Part shown: positions 9,746-24,928 of the stretch, one piece after another
How the letters are laid out: each line of letters begins with the position of its first letter
How positions within the stretch are numbered: position 1 is the first letter of the stretch
NCBI GenBank assembly: GCA_016124385.1
Contig: WGNU01000003.1
Span: 27,731-91,730, forward strand
Direction: 5' to 3'
DNA: 64,000 bases
Source of the DNA: Alphaproteobacteria bacterium
GTDB taxonomy: Bacteria; Pseudomonadota; Alphaproteobacteria; Micropepsales; Micropepsaceae
Translations under genes and position numbers: made by a program
Notes under the pieces: model-generated
What the model was told of the DNA's origin: nothing
What the model saw: only the letters and a program-made list of their open reading frames with translations
The model's database searches: none

Positions 9746-10276
9746 ATGCGCCGGCTGAAGTCGACCAAGAGCTGGATCCTGCTGGCCGACAGCGGCACCT
9801 TCCATGCGCGGCTGCTGACGAGCGTCCTCTCCGAGACGCCTTTCAGCAAAATCGACCTCGCGCATAGTTCCGAGGAAGCCTGGCGCTTCGTTTGCGAGCG
9901 CCCCTATGACGCGATCCTGCTCGATCAATCGCTTGAGCCCATGAACGGCCTCTCTTTCGCGCGGCGCATCCGCCAAACGAAAACGACGCAGAACCGCTTC
10001 TGCCCGATCATCATGATGGCCGGCCATCCCACGATGACCCTTGTCTCGCGCGCGCGCGATGTCGGCGTCACTGAATTCCTGGCCAAACCCGTTTCGCAGC
10101 GCGCGGTCGTCGAGCGGCTGGAGGCGGCGCTGCGCAATCCACGCACCTTCGTTCAGGCGGGTGATTTCTTCGGACCCGACCGCCGCCGCCGCGCGGAGGA
10201 CTATTTCGGCCCCGAGCGGCGCCAGCGCCGCGGCCGCGAGGTCGAAGTCGACGGGCTGACCGGCGCGCCGGTGTGA
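9746..10276 (+). CDS. single-domain CheY-like response regulator with Arg-rich C-terminal tail
   Basis: Receiver pattern ILLADS...AILLDQSLEPMNG...IIMMAG...EFLAKP. The tail is FFGPDRRRRAEDYFGPERRQRRG. ATG at 9746 follows a GGGGAAGAGGGG SD-like run; a GTG at 9707 is an alternative start. Confidence 0.85.
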   Translation: MRRLKSTKSWILLADSGTFHARLLTSVLSETPFSKIDLAHSSEEAWRFVCERPYDAILLDQSLEPMNGLSFARRIRQTKTTQNRFCPIIMMAGHPTMTLVSRARDVGVTEFLAKPVSQRAVVERLEAALRNPRTFVQAGDFFGPDRRRRAEDYFGPERRQRRGREVEVDGLTGAPV

Positions 10277-10292
10277 TCCGCGCTGTCGCGGT

Positions 10293-10374
10293 CTCCTCAT
10301 CCTGAGGAGCCCTGTCGCCTCCCCCTTCGAGACGCGCCCACTCCTGAAGGTGAGGCGACAGGGCGTCTCGAAGG
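10293..10374. repeat. REP/RIME-like mosaic palindromic intergenic element
   Basis: Hairpin CTCCTCA-tcc-TGAGGAG (10293-10309). Two 12-bp inverted repeat pairs follow: CCCTGTCGCCTC (10310-10321) with GAGGCGACAGGG (10352-10363), and CCTTCGAGACGC (10324-10335) with GCGTCTCGAAGG (10363-10374). Confidence 0.7.
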
Positions 10375-10398
10375 ATGGGCTCGTGGCGATGAAGCGTT

Positions 10399-10575
10399 CT
10401 AGTCCTCCCGTTTTTTCGTTTTCTTTTTCCGCTCCGCCTGCCGTTCGGCGGAGTCTTTCAATTCCTCGGCCTGGGCTTCGTCGAAATAGTGCCGGCCGAA
10501 CATCGCTCGCGCCATCGCGCGGGCATAGGCGCGCCGGGCCGCGGAATCGCCGCCCCGCTTCTCGTTGGTGGACAT
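10399..10575 (-). CDS. small basic hypothetical protein (58 aa from ATG 10575)
   Basis: ORF track entry 10399..10593. Charged, Lys-rich C-terminus. No recognisable family and a weak SD. Confidence 0.3.
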   Translation of the reverse strand: MSTNEKRGGDSAARRAYARAMARAMFGRHYFDEAQAEELKDSAERQAERKKKTKKRED

Positions 10576-10822
10576 GGAAAGACGCACTCCCAATCTGGCC
10601 TTGCCGCCCGCAAGGCACGGGCCCGCGCGCGCAGCCGCGCGACGAGGGCGAAGGGAGGGCGCTCGAACGGCGCCGGGAGGGCGTCTCAGGACATGCGGAT
10701 CATCCGTGTAATGCCCAAAGACTAGGCAGCGATCATGGCTGCATCAAGGCAACGATCGATAGCCATCGCGGGCCGCGATCCGTAAAGATCAAGGGGTTGG
10801 AACGGCGCAGCGGCGAGAGGCG

Positions 10823-14430
<3,608 letters not shown>

Positions 14431-14431
<1 letters not shown>

Positions 14432-15129
14432 TGGGCATGGCAAGTGTTCTCATCACCGGCGCCAACCGGGGCCTCGGCCTCGAATTCACGCGGCAATATC
14501 TGGACGACGGCTGGACGGTGCACGCGGCGGCGCGCGATCCGGGCGCGGCGTCGGCGCTGAAGACGCTGGTCGCGGCCTCCCGCACGCACGCCTATCTCCA
14601 CGCGCTCGACGTGGCGGATGAAGCGGCGCGCGCGGCGTTCGCCAACGCCATCAAGGGAGAGCCGCTCGACGTCGTCATCAACAACGCCGGCATCTATGGG
14701 CCGCAGCGCCAATCCTCCGTGGACGTCGATCCCGATGGCTTTGCGAGGACCCTCGCCGTCAACACCATCGCGCCGCTGCGCATCGCCCAGCTCTTGAAGC
14801 CGAACTTGAAAATGGGGCGCCTGCCGCGGCTCGTCACGATCACCTCGGCGATGGGATCGATCGCGCAAGGCGGCGGCGACTATTACGCCTACCGCGCCTC
14901 GAAGGCGGCAGTGAACATGGTGATGGTCTCGCTCGCCAAGGATTGGAAGCCCGACGGCATCACCGTCGCGGTTCTCCATCCCGGCTGGGTGCGCACCGAC
15001 ATGGGCGGCCAGAGCGCGCCCCTGAGCCCGGCCGATTCGGTGACGGGCCTGCGCCAGGTGATCGCCAGCCTCGCGATCGACAAGACCGGCCGCTTCCTCG
15101 ATCACCAGGGCCAAACGATTCCCTGGTGA
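14431..15129 (+). CDS. short-chain dehydrogenase/reductase (SDR, C-factor-like)
   Basis: TGANRGLG cofactor motif, NNAG, and the catalytic YxxxK (YRASKAA). The start could instead be the ATG at 14437. Confidence 0.88.
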
Positions 15130-15281
15130 CTCAACCCCAAATTGCTGAGCGGCCGCGGCACAAGACGGTCCAATGTGCAACAGGTCAGTCTTGAATCCTT
15201 GCAGTGCAACACAAGATTCGATTGCGCTTCGGCGTTCCTCTGGCAGGATTAACCAGCCCCATCGGGCACTGGAGGGTTGAG

Positions 15282-15356
15282 ATGCAGCACGTTGGCGTAT
15301 TGACCACTGGGTTCGCTTTTCTCTTCCTCGGCGCGATCCTTTTCGGACTCATCTAA
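15282..15356 (+). CDS. 24-aa hydrophobic small protein (MQHVGVLTTGFAFLFLGAILFGLI)
   Basis: Below the track's size cutoff. GGAGG at 15271-15275 lies 6 nt before the ATG. One predicted TM helix. Followed by a terminator hairpin with a T-run. See findings. Confidence 0.45.
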   Translation: MQHVGVLTTGFAFLFLGAILFGLI

Positions 15357-15388
15357 AGGCGCTGCCGATTCTCGAGGGGATTCGGGTT

Positions 15389-15421
15389 GAGCCGGGCCAC
15401 CGCCCGGCTCGATTCATTTTT
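15389..15421 (+). terminator. rho-independent terminator
   Basis: GAGCCGGGC-cacc-GCCCGGCTC stem-loop followed by GATTCATTTTT on the + strand. Lies in the convergent gap between the small ORF and metH. Confidence 0.6.
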
Positions 15422-15444
15422 GGCGATGAATGACTTAAGCGCCC

Positions 15445-18110
<2,666 letters not shown>

Positions 18111-18114
<4 letters not shown>

Positions 18115-18803
18115 GACGCGGCCTCGCAGATCCAGCCCTTGACCATCAGGCCCTGATAGAAGCTTTCCGCTTTCGCGAACCCGGCTTCGGCTAGGAGCGC
18201 CATCTCGCGCGCCTCGGGAAGGATGCGCAGCACGCCGGCGTTCATCTCGATCGCGCGGGCGACGACCTCCTCGGGCGCGCCCATGAGGCCGCCATGCCGC
18301 CCATAGAGGCTGAGCGTCTTGGCGAATTCCGGCGCGTCCTGCGCGCCGCACGCATGGACCATCAGAAACGGCGCGCCCGGCTTTAGCCGCTGGCGAATGG
18401 CCTTGAGGCCTTGCAGCCGCGTCCCGTCATCGGGGAGGAACGGCAGGGTGAGGAAACACGTCGCGCCGTCGAACGGGCCCGCCGGCGCATCGGGAATGAA
18501 GCCGCGCGTGAGCGCGACGCGCGTTTTCTCGATCCCCTCGCGGGCGAGGATGTGATGGGCGAGCGCGAGCATCTGCTCCGACGGATCAATGCCGCTGAAG
18601 CGCCACTCTCCATGCCGCGCCAGCGCGGTGATCTCCGCGCCGCCGCCGGCGCCGAGCACAAGCAGATGACCGCGCGGCCCGATCCGCTCGAGGAGAAGCG
18701 CCGCCGCCATCGTGTGGATCGCGTCATAGCCCGGAATGAACCAGCGCGGCCCCTTCTCGTAGGTCGCGACGAACTGGGGATCCGCGTCGAAATCATAGGT
18801 CAT
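18111..18803 (-). CDS. class I SAM-dependent methyltransferase of unknown substrate
   Basis: 230 aa from ATG 18803 ([11 protein letters not shown]...). Motif I is [11 protein letters not shown]. Overlaps both MetH pieces by ATGA. The track extension to 18968 is rejected. Confidence 0.8.
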
Positions 18804-19864
18804 GACGCAAGCTCGAACGGCTCGAGGCCAGAGAGCCGGAGCGCCTTTTCGATCGTGGGCACGGCGCGCGGCGCCCGGCCCTCGACGGCCTTGGCGATCG
18901 CGGCGATGTGCTCGGGCGTCGTCCCGCAACACCCGCCCAGAATATTGACGAGGCCCGATTGCGCCCACTCGCTTAGCATCCGCGCGGTGTCGTCCGGCTG
19001 CTCGTCATACTGGCCGAATTCGTTCGGCAGCCCGGCGTTGGGATAGGCGGCGACGAGCGTGTCGGCGATCGCGGCGAGTTCGGCGATATGCGGGCGCATG
19101 AGATCGGCGCCGAGCGCGCAATTGAGCCCGACGGCGAAGGGCTTGGCATGCCGGATGGAATTCCAGAACGCCTCGACCGTCTGCCCACTGAGCGTGCGGC
19201 CCGACCGGTCGGTGATCGTGCCGGAAATCCAGATCGGCAAGGGCTCATAGCCCTGATCTTCCAGATCGAGGATCGCCTTGATCGCGGCCTTGGCGTTCAG
19301 CGTGTCGAAGATCGTCTCGATAAGGAAGAGATCGACGCCCCCCTCGTGCAGCGCGCGCGCCTGCTCCGAATAGGAGGCATAGACGCCATCCCACGTGACG
19401 GTGCGCTTGCCGGGATCGTTAACGTCCGGCGAGATCGAGAGCGCGCGGTTCATCGGCCCGATCGAGCCGGCAACGAACCGGGGCTTTGCCGGATTCTTTG
19501 CGGTCCAGCGATCCGCCGCCGCGCGCGCAAGTTTTGCACCCTCGCGGTTGATGTCGGCGGCGGCCTCTTCCAGCGCATAATCCGCCTGCGCGATCCGCGT
19601 CGCCGAGAAGGTGTTCGTCTCGGAAATGTCGGCGCCGGCCGCGAAATAGGCATCGTGCAGGCCGGTCACGATATCGGGGCGCGTCAGGCACAGAATGTCG
19701 TTGTTGCCCTTGAGGTCGCCCTTGTGGCCGGCGAACCGCGTGCCGCGATAATCCGCCTCCTGAAGACCCTTCCGCTGGATCATCACGCCCCAGGCGCCGT
19801 CGAGAATGAGGATGCGCTCGGCCGCCGCCTGCTTCAGCGCGGCGATGCGCTCGGTGCGGGTCAT
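18800..19864 (-). CDS. metH: homocysteine S-methyltransferase domain protein (stand-alone MetH N-terminal Hcy-binding module)
   Basis: 354 aa. [13 protein letters not shown]...[26 protein letters not shown]...GLNCALG...[11 protein letters not shown], carrying the zinc-ligand Cys pattern of the Hcy-binding barrel. Confidence 0.9.
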   Translation of the reverse strand: MTRTERIAALKQAAAERILILDGAWGVMIQRKGLQEADYRGTRFAGHKGDLKGNNDILCLTRPDIVTGLHDAYFAAGADISETNTFSATRIAQADYALEEAAADINREGAKLARAAADRWTAKNPAKPRFVAGSIGPMNRALSISPDVNDPGKRTVTWDGVYASYSEQARALHEGGVDLFLIETIFDTLNAKAAIKAILDLEDQGYEPLPIWISGTITDRSGRTLSGQTVEAFWNSIRHAKPFAVGLNCALGADLMRPHIAELAAIADTLVAAYPNAGLPNEFGQYDEQPDDTARMLSEWAQSGLVNILGGCCGTTPEHIAAIAKAVEGRAPRAVPTIEKALRLSGLEPFELAS

Positions 19865-20712
19865 GCGCGCGCTCCCGTGATGCCGATCAGCCGGCAGATC
19901 GCGTAGGTGAGATCGGCCTGGTTGAGCGTATAGAAATGGAACTGGTCGAACCCCTCGCGGCGCAGGCGCTCCACCTGCTCGGCGGCGATGGCGGCCGCGA
20001 TCAGCTTGCGCGTTTCGAGATCCTCATCGAGCCCGTCGAAGCGCGCGGCGAGCGCGGGCGGGATGCTTGCGCCGCACTTGCCCGCCATCCGCGCGACGCC
20101 CTTGAAATTCGTCGTCGGCATGATGCCCGGCACCAGCGGGATTTTGAGGCCCGAGCGCGCCATCCGGTCGCGCAGCTTCAGAATCGCCTCGGTCACGAAG
20201 CAAAATTGCGAGATCGCGCGGCTGGCGCCGGCCGCGACCTTTGCTTTGAGCGCGTCGAGATCGGCGTCCGCAGTCGGCGAATCCGGGTGCTTCTCGGGAT
20301 AGGCCGAGACCGACACCTCGAAGGGCGCGATCGCGCGGATGCCGGCAATGAGCGCGGGCGTTGATTCGTATCCTTCCGGGTGCGGACGATAGGGCCCCTC
20401 CATGCCCGGCATGTCGCCGCGCAGGGCGACGATATGCTTCACCCCCGCCGCCCAGTAGTCGCGGATCACCTCGTCGATCTCGGCCCTCGAAGCCGCAACG
20501 CACGTGAGATGCGCGGCCGGCGGGATCGTCGTTTCCTCGTGGATCCGTTTGACCGTCGCGTGCGTGCGCTCGCGGGTCGATCCGCCCGCGCCATAGGTCA
20601 CCGACATGAAGGCGGGCTTGAGGGGCGCGAGCCGGCGGATCGCCGTCCACAGCGTCTCTTCGGCCGTGGGCGTCTTGGGCGGCGAGAATTCGAAGGAAAC
20701 GATGGCGCTCAT
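19861..20712 (-). CDS. metF: 5,10-methylenetetrahydrofolate reductase
   Basis: From ATG 20712: [14 protein letters not shown]...[15 protein letters not shown]...HLTCV...ALRGD...ISQFCF. Start and stop both overlap neighbours by ATGA. The track ORF to 21300 is an artefactual extension. Confidence 0.93.
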   Translation of the reverse strand: MSAIVSFEFSPPKTPTAEETLWTAIRRLAPLKPAFMSVTYGAGGSTRERTHATVKRIHEETTIPPAAHLTCVAASRAEIDEVIRDYWAAGVKHIVALRGDMPGMEGPYRPHPEGYESTPALIAGIRAIAPFEVSVSAYPEKHPDSPTADADLDALKAKVAAGASRAISQFCFVTEAILKLRDRMARSGLKIPLVPGIMPTTNFKGVARMAGKCGASIPPALAARFDGLDEDLETRKLIAAAIAAEQVERLRREGFDQFHFYTLNQADLTYAICRLIGITGARA

Positions 20713-21692
20713 GATGGGGCTCCGGATTGGGCCTGCGGCTCGAGCCGCCAGAGCGAGACGGTGAGCCCGCCCGCCGCGACCGGGGGCAGTGCCGTCTCGG
20801 CCGAAACGGTCAGCCCCGCGCCGCGCGCCCACTCGGCGATCTCGCCGCGCGCGAAGCCCAGCCGGCGATGGGCGTGCTCGGCGCGCAGGAATTCGAGATC
20901 GTGCGGCGCGAAATCGGCGATCACGATCCGCCCGCCGGGCGCAAGCACGCGCGCCGCCTCGCGGACCGCGAGCGCGGGCGTATCGAGGTAATGCAGCACC
21001 TGGTGAAAGAGCGCGACGTCGAAGCGTTCCTCGCCGAGCGCAAGCCGCAGGAGATCGCCCTGCCGCACGGTGCAATGGGCGAGCCCCTTGTCGGCGAGCG
21101 CGTTCCGCGCGACCGCCAGCATCGCGTGGCTGAGATCGACCCCGACACCCCGCCCGATCGAGGGGCCGAACAACTCCAGCATCCGCCCCGTCCCGGTGCC
21201 CAGATCGAGCAGTGAGACGATCGGCCGGTCGGCCAGCATGGCAATGAGCGCGCGCTCGACCTCGGCCTCGGGCACGTGAAGCGCGCGCAGCTTGGCCCAA
21301 TTCTCGGCATTCGCCTGAAAATAGGCGCCCGCCGCCTCCGCCCGCGCGGCGCGCACGGCGGTCAGCCGGCGCCGGTCGGCATCCAGCACGGCGTCGCTTT
21401 CCGGCAACAGGGCGCGCAGCGAATCGGCAACCCGGGCGGCGTTCCCCCGGTCAGCCAGACGGAAAAACGCCCAGCTCCCTTCCGGGAAGCGCTGGACGAG
21501 GCCCGCATCGACGAGCAGCTTTAAGTGCCGGCTGACCCGGGGCTGGCTTTGCCCCAGAACGTGGGTGATTTCGGAGACCGTCAACTCGCCTTCGGCCAGC
21601 AGAGCCAGCAAACGCAGGCGCGTGGGCTCCGCCGCCGCCCGCAGGCGCAGGACCAGATCCTCGAAAGGCGGCGTCTCGATCGCAAGGCTCAT
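20709..21692 (-). CDS. sahR: ArsR-family wHTH fused to SAM-methyltransferase-like sensor domain (SahR-type regulator of methionine metabolism)
   Basis: N-terminal ArsR/SmtB HTH (EPTRLRLLALL..GELTVSEITHVLGQSQPRVSRHLKLL). C-terminal class I MTase fold (LLDLGTGTGRM...VALFHQVLHY). First gene of the metF/metH operon. Confidence 0.8.
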   Translation of the reverse strand: MSLAIETPPFEDLVLRLRAAAEPTRLRLLALLAEGELTVSEITHVLGQSQPRVSRHLKLLVDAGLVQRFPEGSWAFFRLADRGNAARVADSLRALLPESDAVLDADRRRLTAVRAARAEAAGAYFQANAENWAKLRALHVPEAEVERALIAMLADRPIVSLLDLGTGTGRMLELFGPSIGRGVGVDLSHAMLAVARNALADKGLAHCTVRQGDLLRLALGEERFDVALFHQVLHYLDTPALAVREAARVLAPGGRIVIADFAPHDLEFLRAEHAHRRLGFARGEIAEWARGAGLTVSAETALPPVAAGGLTVSLWRLEPQAQSGAPS

Positions 21693-21720
21693 GGGGTCTT
21701 CCTAGCACCCCCCGACCTTC

Positions 21721-21740
21721 ACATAAAGATATTTTTATGT
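21721..21740. promoter_or_regulatory. 20-bp near-perfect palindrome, candidate SahR operator
   Basis: ACATAAAGAT|ATTTTTATGT with 9/10 symmetric positions. It is AT-rich in a GC-rich genome and lies 29 nt upstream of the sahR start, in the divergent sahR/mlaA region. Confidence 0.4.
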
Positions 21741-21889
21741 CCTTATCGACTTCGCGACTTGAGGCGTCCGTGCCACGCTCGCGAACTCGTCAATTTGCAT
21801 CGAATTAACGGACTTGCCTTAGCAAGGGCGTTCGATGGTATGAGGGTTTTGGATAGCCCGGCCAGGCGCCGGTGGTGAGGGGTAGGCTG

Positions 21890-22639
21890 ATGGTGTGGAA
21901 GCAATGGCTGGCTGGGCTCGCGGCAGTGTGTCTGCTGGCGGGCGGCACCCCGGCCTTCGCCCAAAGCGAGGAACCCCGCGACGAGCTGGGCGACAACGAT
22001 CCGATCGAAGGCGTGAACCGCGTCATCTTCGAGGTGAACGACGTTCTCGATCGCTTCATCCTGCGCCCGATCGCCATCGTCTATCGCAATGTGGTCCCCG
22101 ACTTCGCGCAGGACCGCATCCGCAACACGCTGAACAATCTCGACAGCCCGGTAATCTTCGCCAACGACCTGATGCAGGGCGAGTTCGACCGCGCGGGCGC
22201 GACCATGTCGCGCTTCATGATCAATTCGACGGTGGGCGTCGCGGGCCTGTTCGACGTCGCCGACGAACTGGGCGTGCCCCGTCACACCGAGGATTTCGGC
22301 CAGACGCTGGCGGTCTGGGGGCTGGGCGAAGGCCCGTACCTCTATTTGCCGCTCCTCGGCCCCTCGAATCCGCGCGATCTGGTTGGCCGCATCGTCGATA
22401 TGGGCCTCGACCCGCTCTCCTATGTCGATTGGGAGGACGAGGACCTGGAATGGGTACCCTACACCCGCTACGGCCTCGACGTGGTTGATCTCCGCGCCCG
22501 CAACATCGAGGTGCTGGATAATCTGCGCAAGACCTCGGTCGATTACTACGCGGCGATCCGCAGCTCCTACCGTCAGCTGAGGAACGATGCGATTCGCAAC
22601 GGCGAGGTCGATATCGAAGACCTCCCGGCGATCGAGTAG
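21890..22639 (+). CDS. mlaA: MlaA/VacJ family lipoprotein
   Basis: DPIEGVNRVIFEVNDVLDRFILRPIA..YR...N..SPV.F.NDLLQG...TVGVAGLFDVA...EDFGQTLAVWG is the VacJ signature. The start may be the GTG at 21872. Confidence 0.88.
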   Translation: MVWKQWLAGLAAVCLLAGGTPAFAQSEEPRDELGDNDPIEGVNRVIFEVNDVLDRFILRPIAIVYRNVVPDFAQDRIRNTLNNLDSPVIFANDLMQGEFDRAGATMSRFMINSTVGVAGLFDVADELGVPRHTEDFGQTLAVWGLGEGPYLYLPLLGPSNPRDLVGRIVDMGLDPLSYVDWEDEDLEWVPYTRYGLDVVDLRARNIEVLDNLRKTSVDYYAAIRSSYRQLRNDAIRNGEVDIEDLPAIE

Positions 22640-22789
22640 CTCACCAAAAATTCATGAGGCAGCGTAAACGCTGCCCCAATCCTGCCCGATTGGCCGTCCA
22701 TCACAGCCCGGCTCGGCGGCCCGCGCTATACCGTGCGGCATCGTCGCTTGACGCGAGCGGAACACTCGCGCGAAAGGGGAGTTTCTACG

Positions 22790-23464
22790 ATGCGTAGGTC
22801 TTTGAAGAGGAACCAACCGATGCTGGCGCGCCTGGCCTTTGCCCCCGGAACGATGATGCTCGCACTCGTCTCGCTGGTTGCGCTCCTCTTCTCACCGGCC
22901 CTGGAGGCACATGCCGCCCCCACGCCGAAGGATTTCGTCCAGAACGCGGTCGATCGCGGCGTCTCGATCCTCTCTGACGGCAGCCTCTCGCAGGACGCGC
23001 GCCGCCAGGAGTTCCGCCAGTTCATCTTGAACCTCACCGATTCGCGCCGGATCGCGCTCTTCACGCTCGGCAAGTATCGCCGCCAGGCGAGCGATGCGGA
23101 CGTCTCCGCCTTCGTCGACGCCTTCACCGAATACGCGGTCGCGGTCTATGAGGCCCGGCTCGACGACTACAAGGGCGAGAAGCTGCAGGTGACCGACGTC
23201 GTCGAGCGTTCCGCGAGCGACGTGATCGTGACGACCATCGTCGAGGATTCGGGCTCCGAGCCCATCCGCGTCGCCTTCCGCCTCAATCCGAAGGGCGACA
23301 GCTACATCGTCATCGACGTTCAGGTGGTCGGCATCTGGCTGGCCCTCGACCAGCAATCGCAATTTTCCTCGTTCCTCAGCCAGAACGACGGCTCCGTGCC
23401 GGCGCTCACCGCGCACCTGAAGAAGCAGACGGCCGAGATCCAGGCCGGCCGCGCGGAGAACTAG
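22790..23464 (+). CDS. mlaC: MlaC/Ttg2D-like phospholipid-binding periplasmic protein
   Basis: Signal peptide, then the toluene-tolerance Ttg2 pattern (FILNLTDSRRIALFTLGKYRRQAS...F...Y...Y). AAAGGGGAG SD precedes ATG 22790. Neighbour of mlaA. Confidence 0.78.
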   Translation: MRRSLKRNQPMLARLAFAPGTMMLALVSLVALLFSPALEAHAAPTPKDFVQNAVDRGVSILSDGSLSQDARRQEFRQFILNLTDSRRIALFTLGKYRRQASDADVSAFVDAFTEYAVAVYEARLDDYKGEKLQVTDVVERSASDVIVTTIVEDSGSEPIRVAFRLNPKGDSYIVIDVQVVGIWLALDQQSQFSSFLSQNDGSVPALTAHLKKQTAEIQAGRAEN

Positions 23465-23526
23465 GAGAGCGACGAAAGTTTGAAGTCCTCCCCCGTTCGC
23501 GGGGGAGGATATTCCCAGAGCGACCG

Positions 23527-24225
23527 TTGCGGCACGTTCTTATCCTTGCCCTTCTGATCTTCGCCTCGCCCGCGGCCGCGCGGGACTGGCACGGCGTGAC
23601 GCTCGACCGCGCGAAGATCATCCGCCCCGGGCTGCTCGAGGAAGCGCTGGGCGCGCTCACGTTCCACGCGGCCGTGATCCCGCAGCAGGACGCGATCGCC
23701 ATCATCGACTACGACTTGCCGTCGGATGAGCCGCGCCTGTTTCTCCTCGACCTCAAGACGGGCAAGGTGGAGGCGTTCCTCGTCGCGCATGGCCAGGGCT
23801 CCGATCCCGATCACGACGGGATGCTCGACAGCCTCTCGGACGTTCCGGGCTCGAACGCCTCGACGGCGGGCGCGTTCCTCACCGGCGAGACCTATTGCGG
23901 CGAGAACGGGCGGACGCTGCGGCTCTATGGGCTCGAGGAGCGCAACGCCAACGCCGCCACGCGCGCGATCGTCCTCCACTCGACCTATCTGAAAGGCCGC
24001 CTGCCCTATATGAGCCACGCCTTCATCGACGCGCACGGCCGGCCCGGCCGCTCCTGGGGCTGCTTCGTCCTGCCGCCCGAGGATCTGCGCCACGTGATCG
24101 AGCGGATCGGCGCCGGCCACCTCCTCTATGCGAACACGAAGCGCTTCCATAGCGGCAGCGCGGCGCCGGTGACGCCCCTGCCGGCCCTCGCGCCCCTTGC
24201 CCCCGGCACCTGCCCCTGGCCGTGA
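23527..24225 (+). CDS. L,D-transpeptidase catalytic-domain (YkuD_2-like) secreted protein
   Basis: Signal peptide. AIVLHSTYL...GRSWGCFVL resembles the His/Cys active-site motif of YkuD-fold enzymes. TTG start. Confidence 0.7.
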   Translation: MRHVLILALLIFASPAAARDWHGVTLDRAKIIRPGLLEEALGALTFHAAVIPQQDAIAIIDYDLPSDEPRLFLLDLKTGKVEAFLVAHGQGSDPDHDGMLDSLSDVPGSNASTAGAFLTGETYCGENGRTLRLYGLEERNANAATRAIVLHSTYLKGRLPYMSHAFIDAHGRPGRSWGCFVLPPEDLRHVIERIGAGHLLYANTKRFHSGSAAPVTPLPALAPLAPGTCPWP

Positions 24226-24283
24226 CTATTACGCCCGCCACTCCAATCGTTGCCAGGAGCGATTCAGCAGGACAGCATCGATC

Positions 24284-24928
24284 ATGGAAATCGCTCGATT
24301 CGTGCCCGACGAGATATCGCAAAAATTCGACGTTCGCGAGTGGCGAAACGGACTTGCTGTACTCGCTGGCGCGCATTCCAAGGAATTGAGCGACGTATAT
24401 TCAGTCTTAAAAAATTTCAGATTGTATAAATCATACATTCTCAAACCCGGAGGTAGCAAGTCACCCATCTCATCTTGGCTAGATAGTCAACTTTACAAAC
24501 TTGGTTGGAAAGAGAAAAAATTCGACACCAGCATCCTGGTAGACGGCATGGAATACAAGACGCCGACACACGCAGTCGATTGCTTTAAGAACCGTGTCGC
24601 TCTTGAAGTCGAATGGAACAACAAAGATCCATTCTTTGACAGAGATCTAAATAACTTTCGCCTTCTTTTCGAACTTCGAGCAATTGATGTTGGTATTATC
24701 ATAACGCGATGTGACGAGTTGCAGACAATTATCAAATCCCTCGGACGTGGCAGCAGCTATGGAGCTTCCACGACACATTTGTCCAAGCTCTTGCCACGAA
24801 TTGATGGTGGTGGCGGTGGCGGCTGCCCGATTGTTGTGTTCGGCATTCGTTCTTCGTGTTATGTGGATGAAAATCACCCAGAAACGTTTGGGACAGCTGG
24901 CCTGGAAGGAAGCACTGATGACGAGTAA
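24284..24928 (+). CDS. type II restriction endonuclease, BglII/BstYI/BamHI fold
   Basis: 214 aa from ATG 24284. The core VDCFKNRVALEVEWNNKDPFFDRDLNNF...IDVGIIITR aligns by eye with BglII IDFGKRDTLVEVQFSNYPFLLNN...VAIIIT. The D-x8-E-x-E catalytic spacing matches BglII D84/E93/Q95. Confidence 0.75.
   Translation: MEIARFVPDEISQKFDVREWRNGLAVLAGAHSKELSDVYSVLKNFRLYKSYILKPGGSKSPISSWLDSQLYKLGWKEKKFDTSILVDGMEYKTPTHAVDCFKNRVALEVEWNNKDPFFDRDLNNFRLLFELRAIDVGIIITRCDELQTIIKSLGRGSSYGASTTHLSKLLPRIDGGGGGGCPIVVFGIRSSCYVDENHPETFGTAGLEGSTDDE

Noticed and set aside
9626-10618. 330-aa minus-strand ORF covering the response regulator gene and the REP element
   Set aside because: It is antisense to a clear receiver domain, runs through a palindromic repeat, and has no motifs.
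24806-24823. GGTGGTGGCGGTGGCGGC run (Gly6) in the endonuclease gene as a possible phase-variation tract
   Set aside because: It is not a homopolymer or a perfect short tandem repeat. The codons are mixed, so slipped-strand switching is unlikely.
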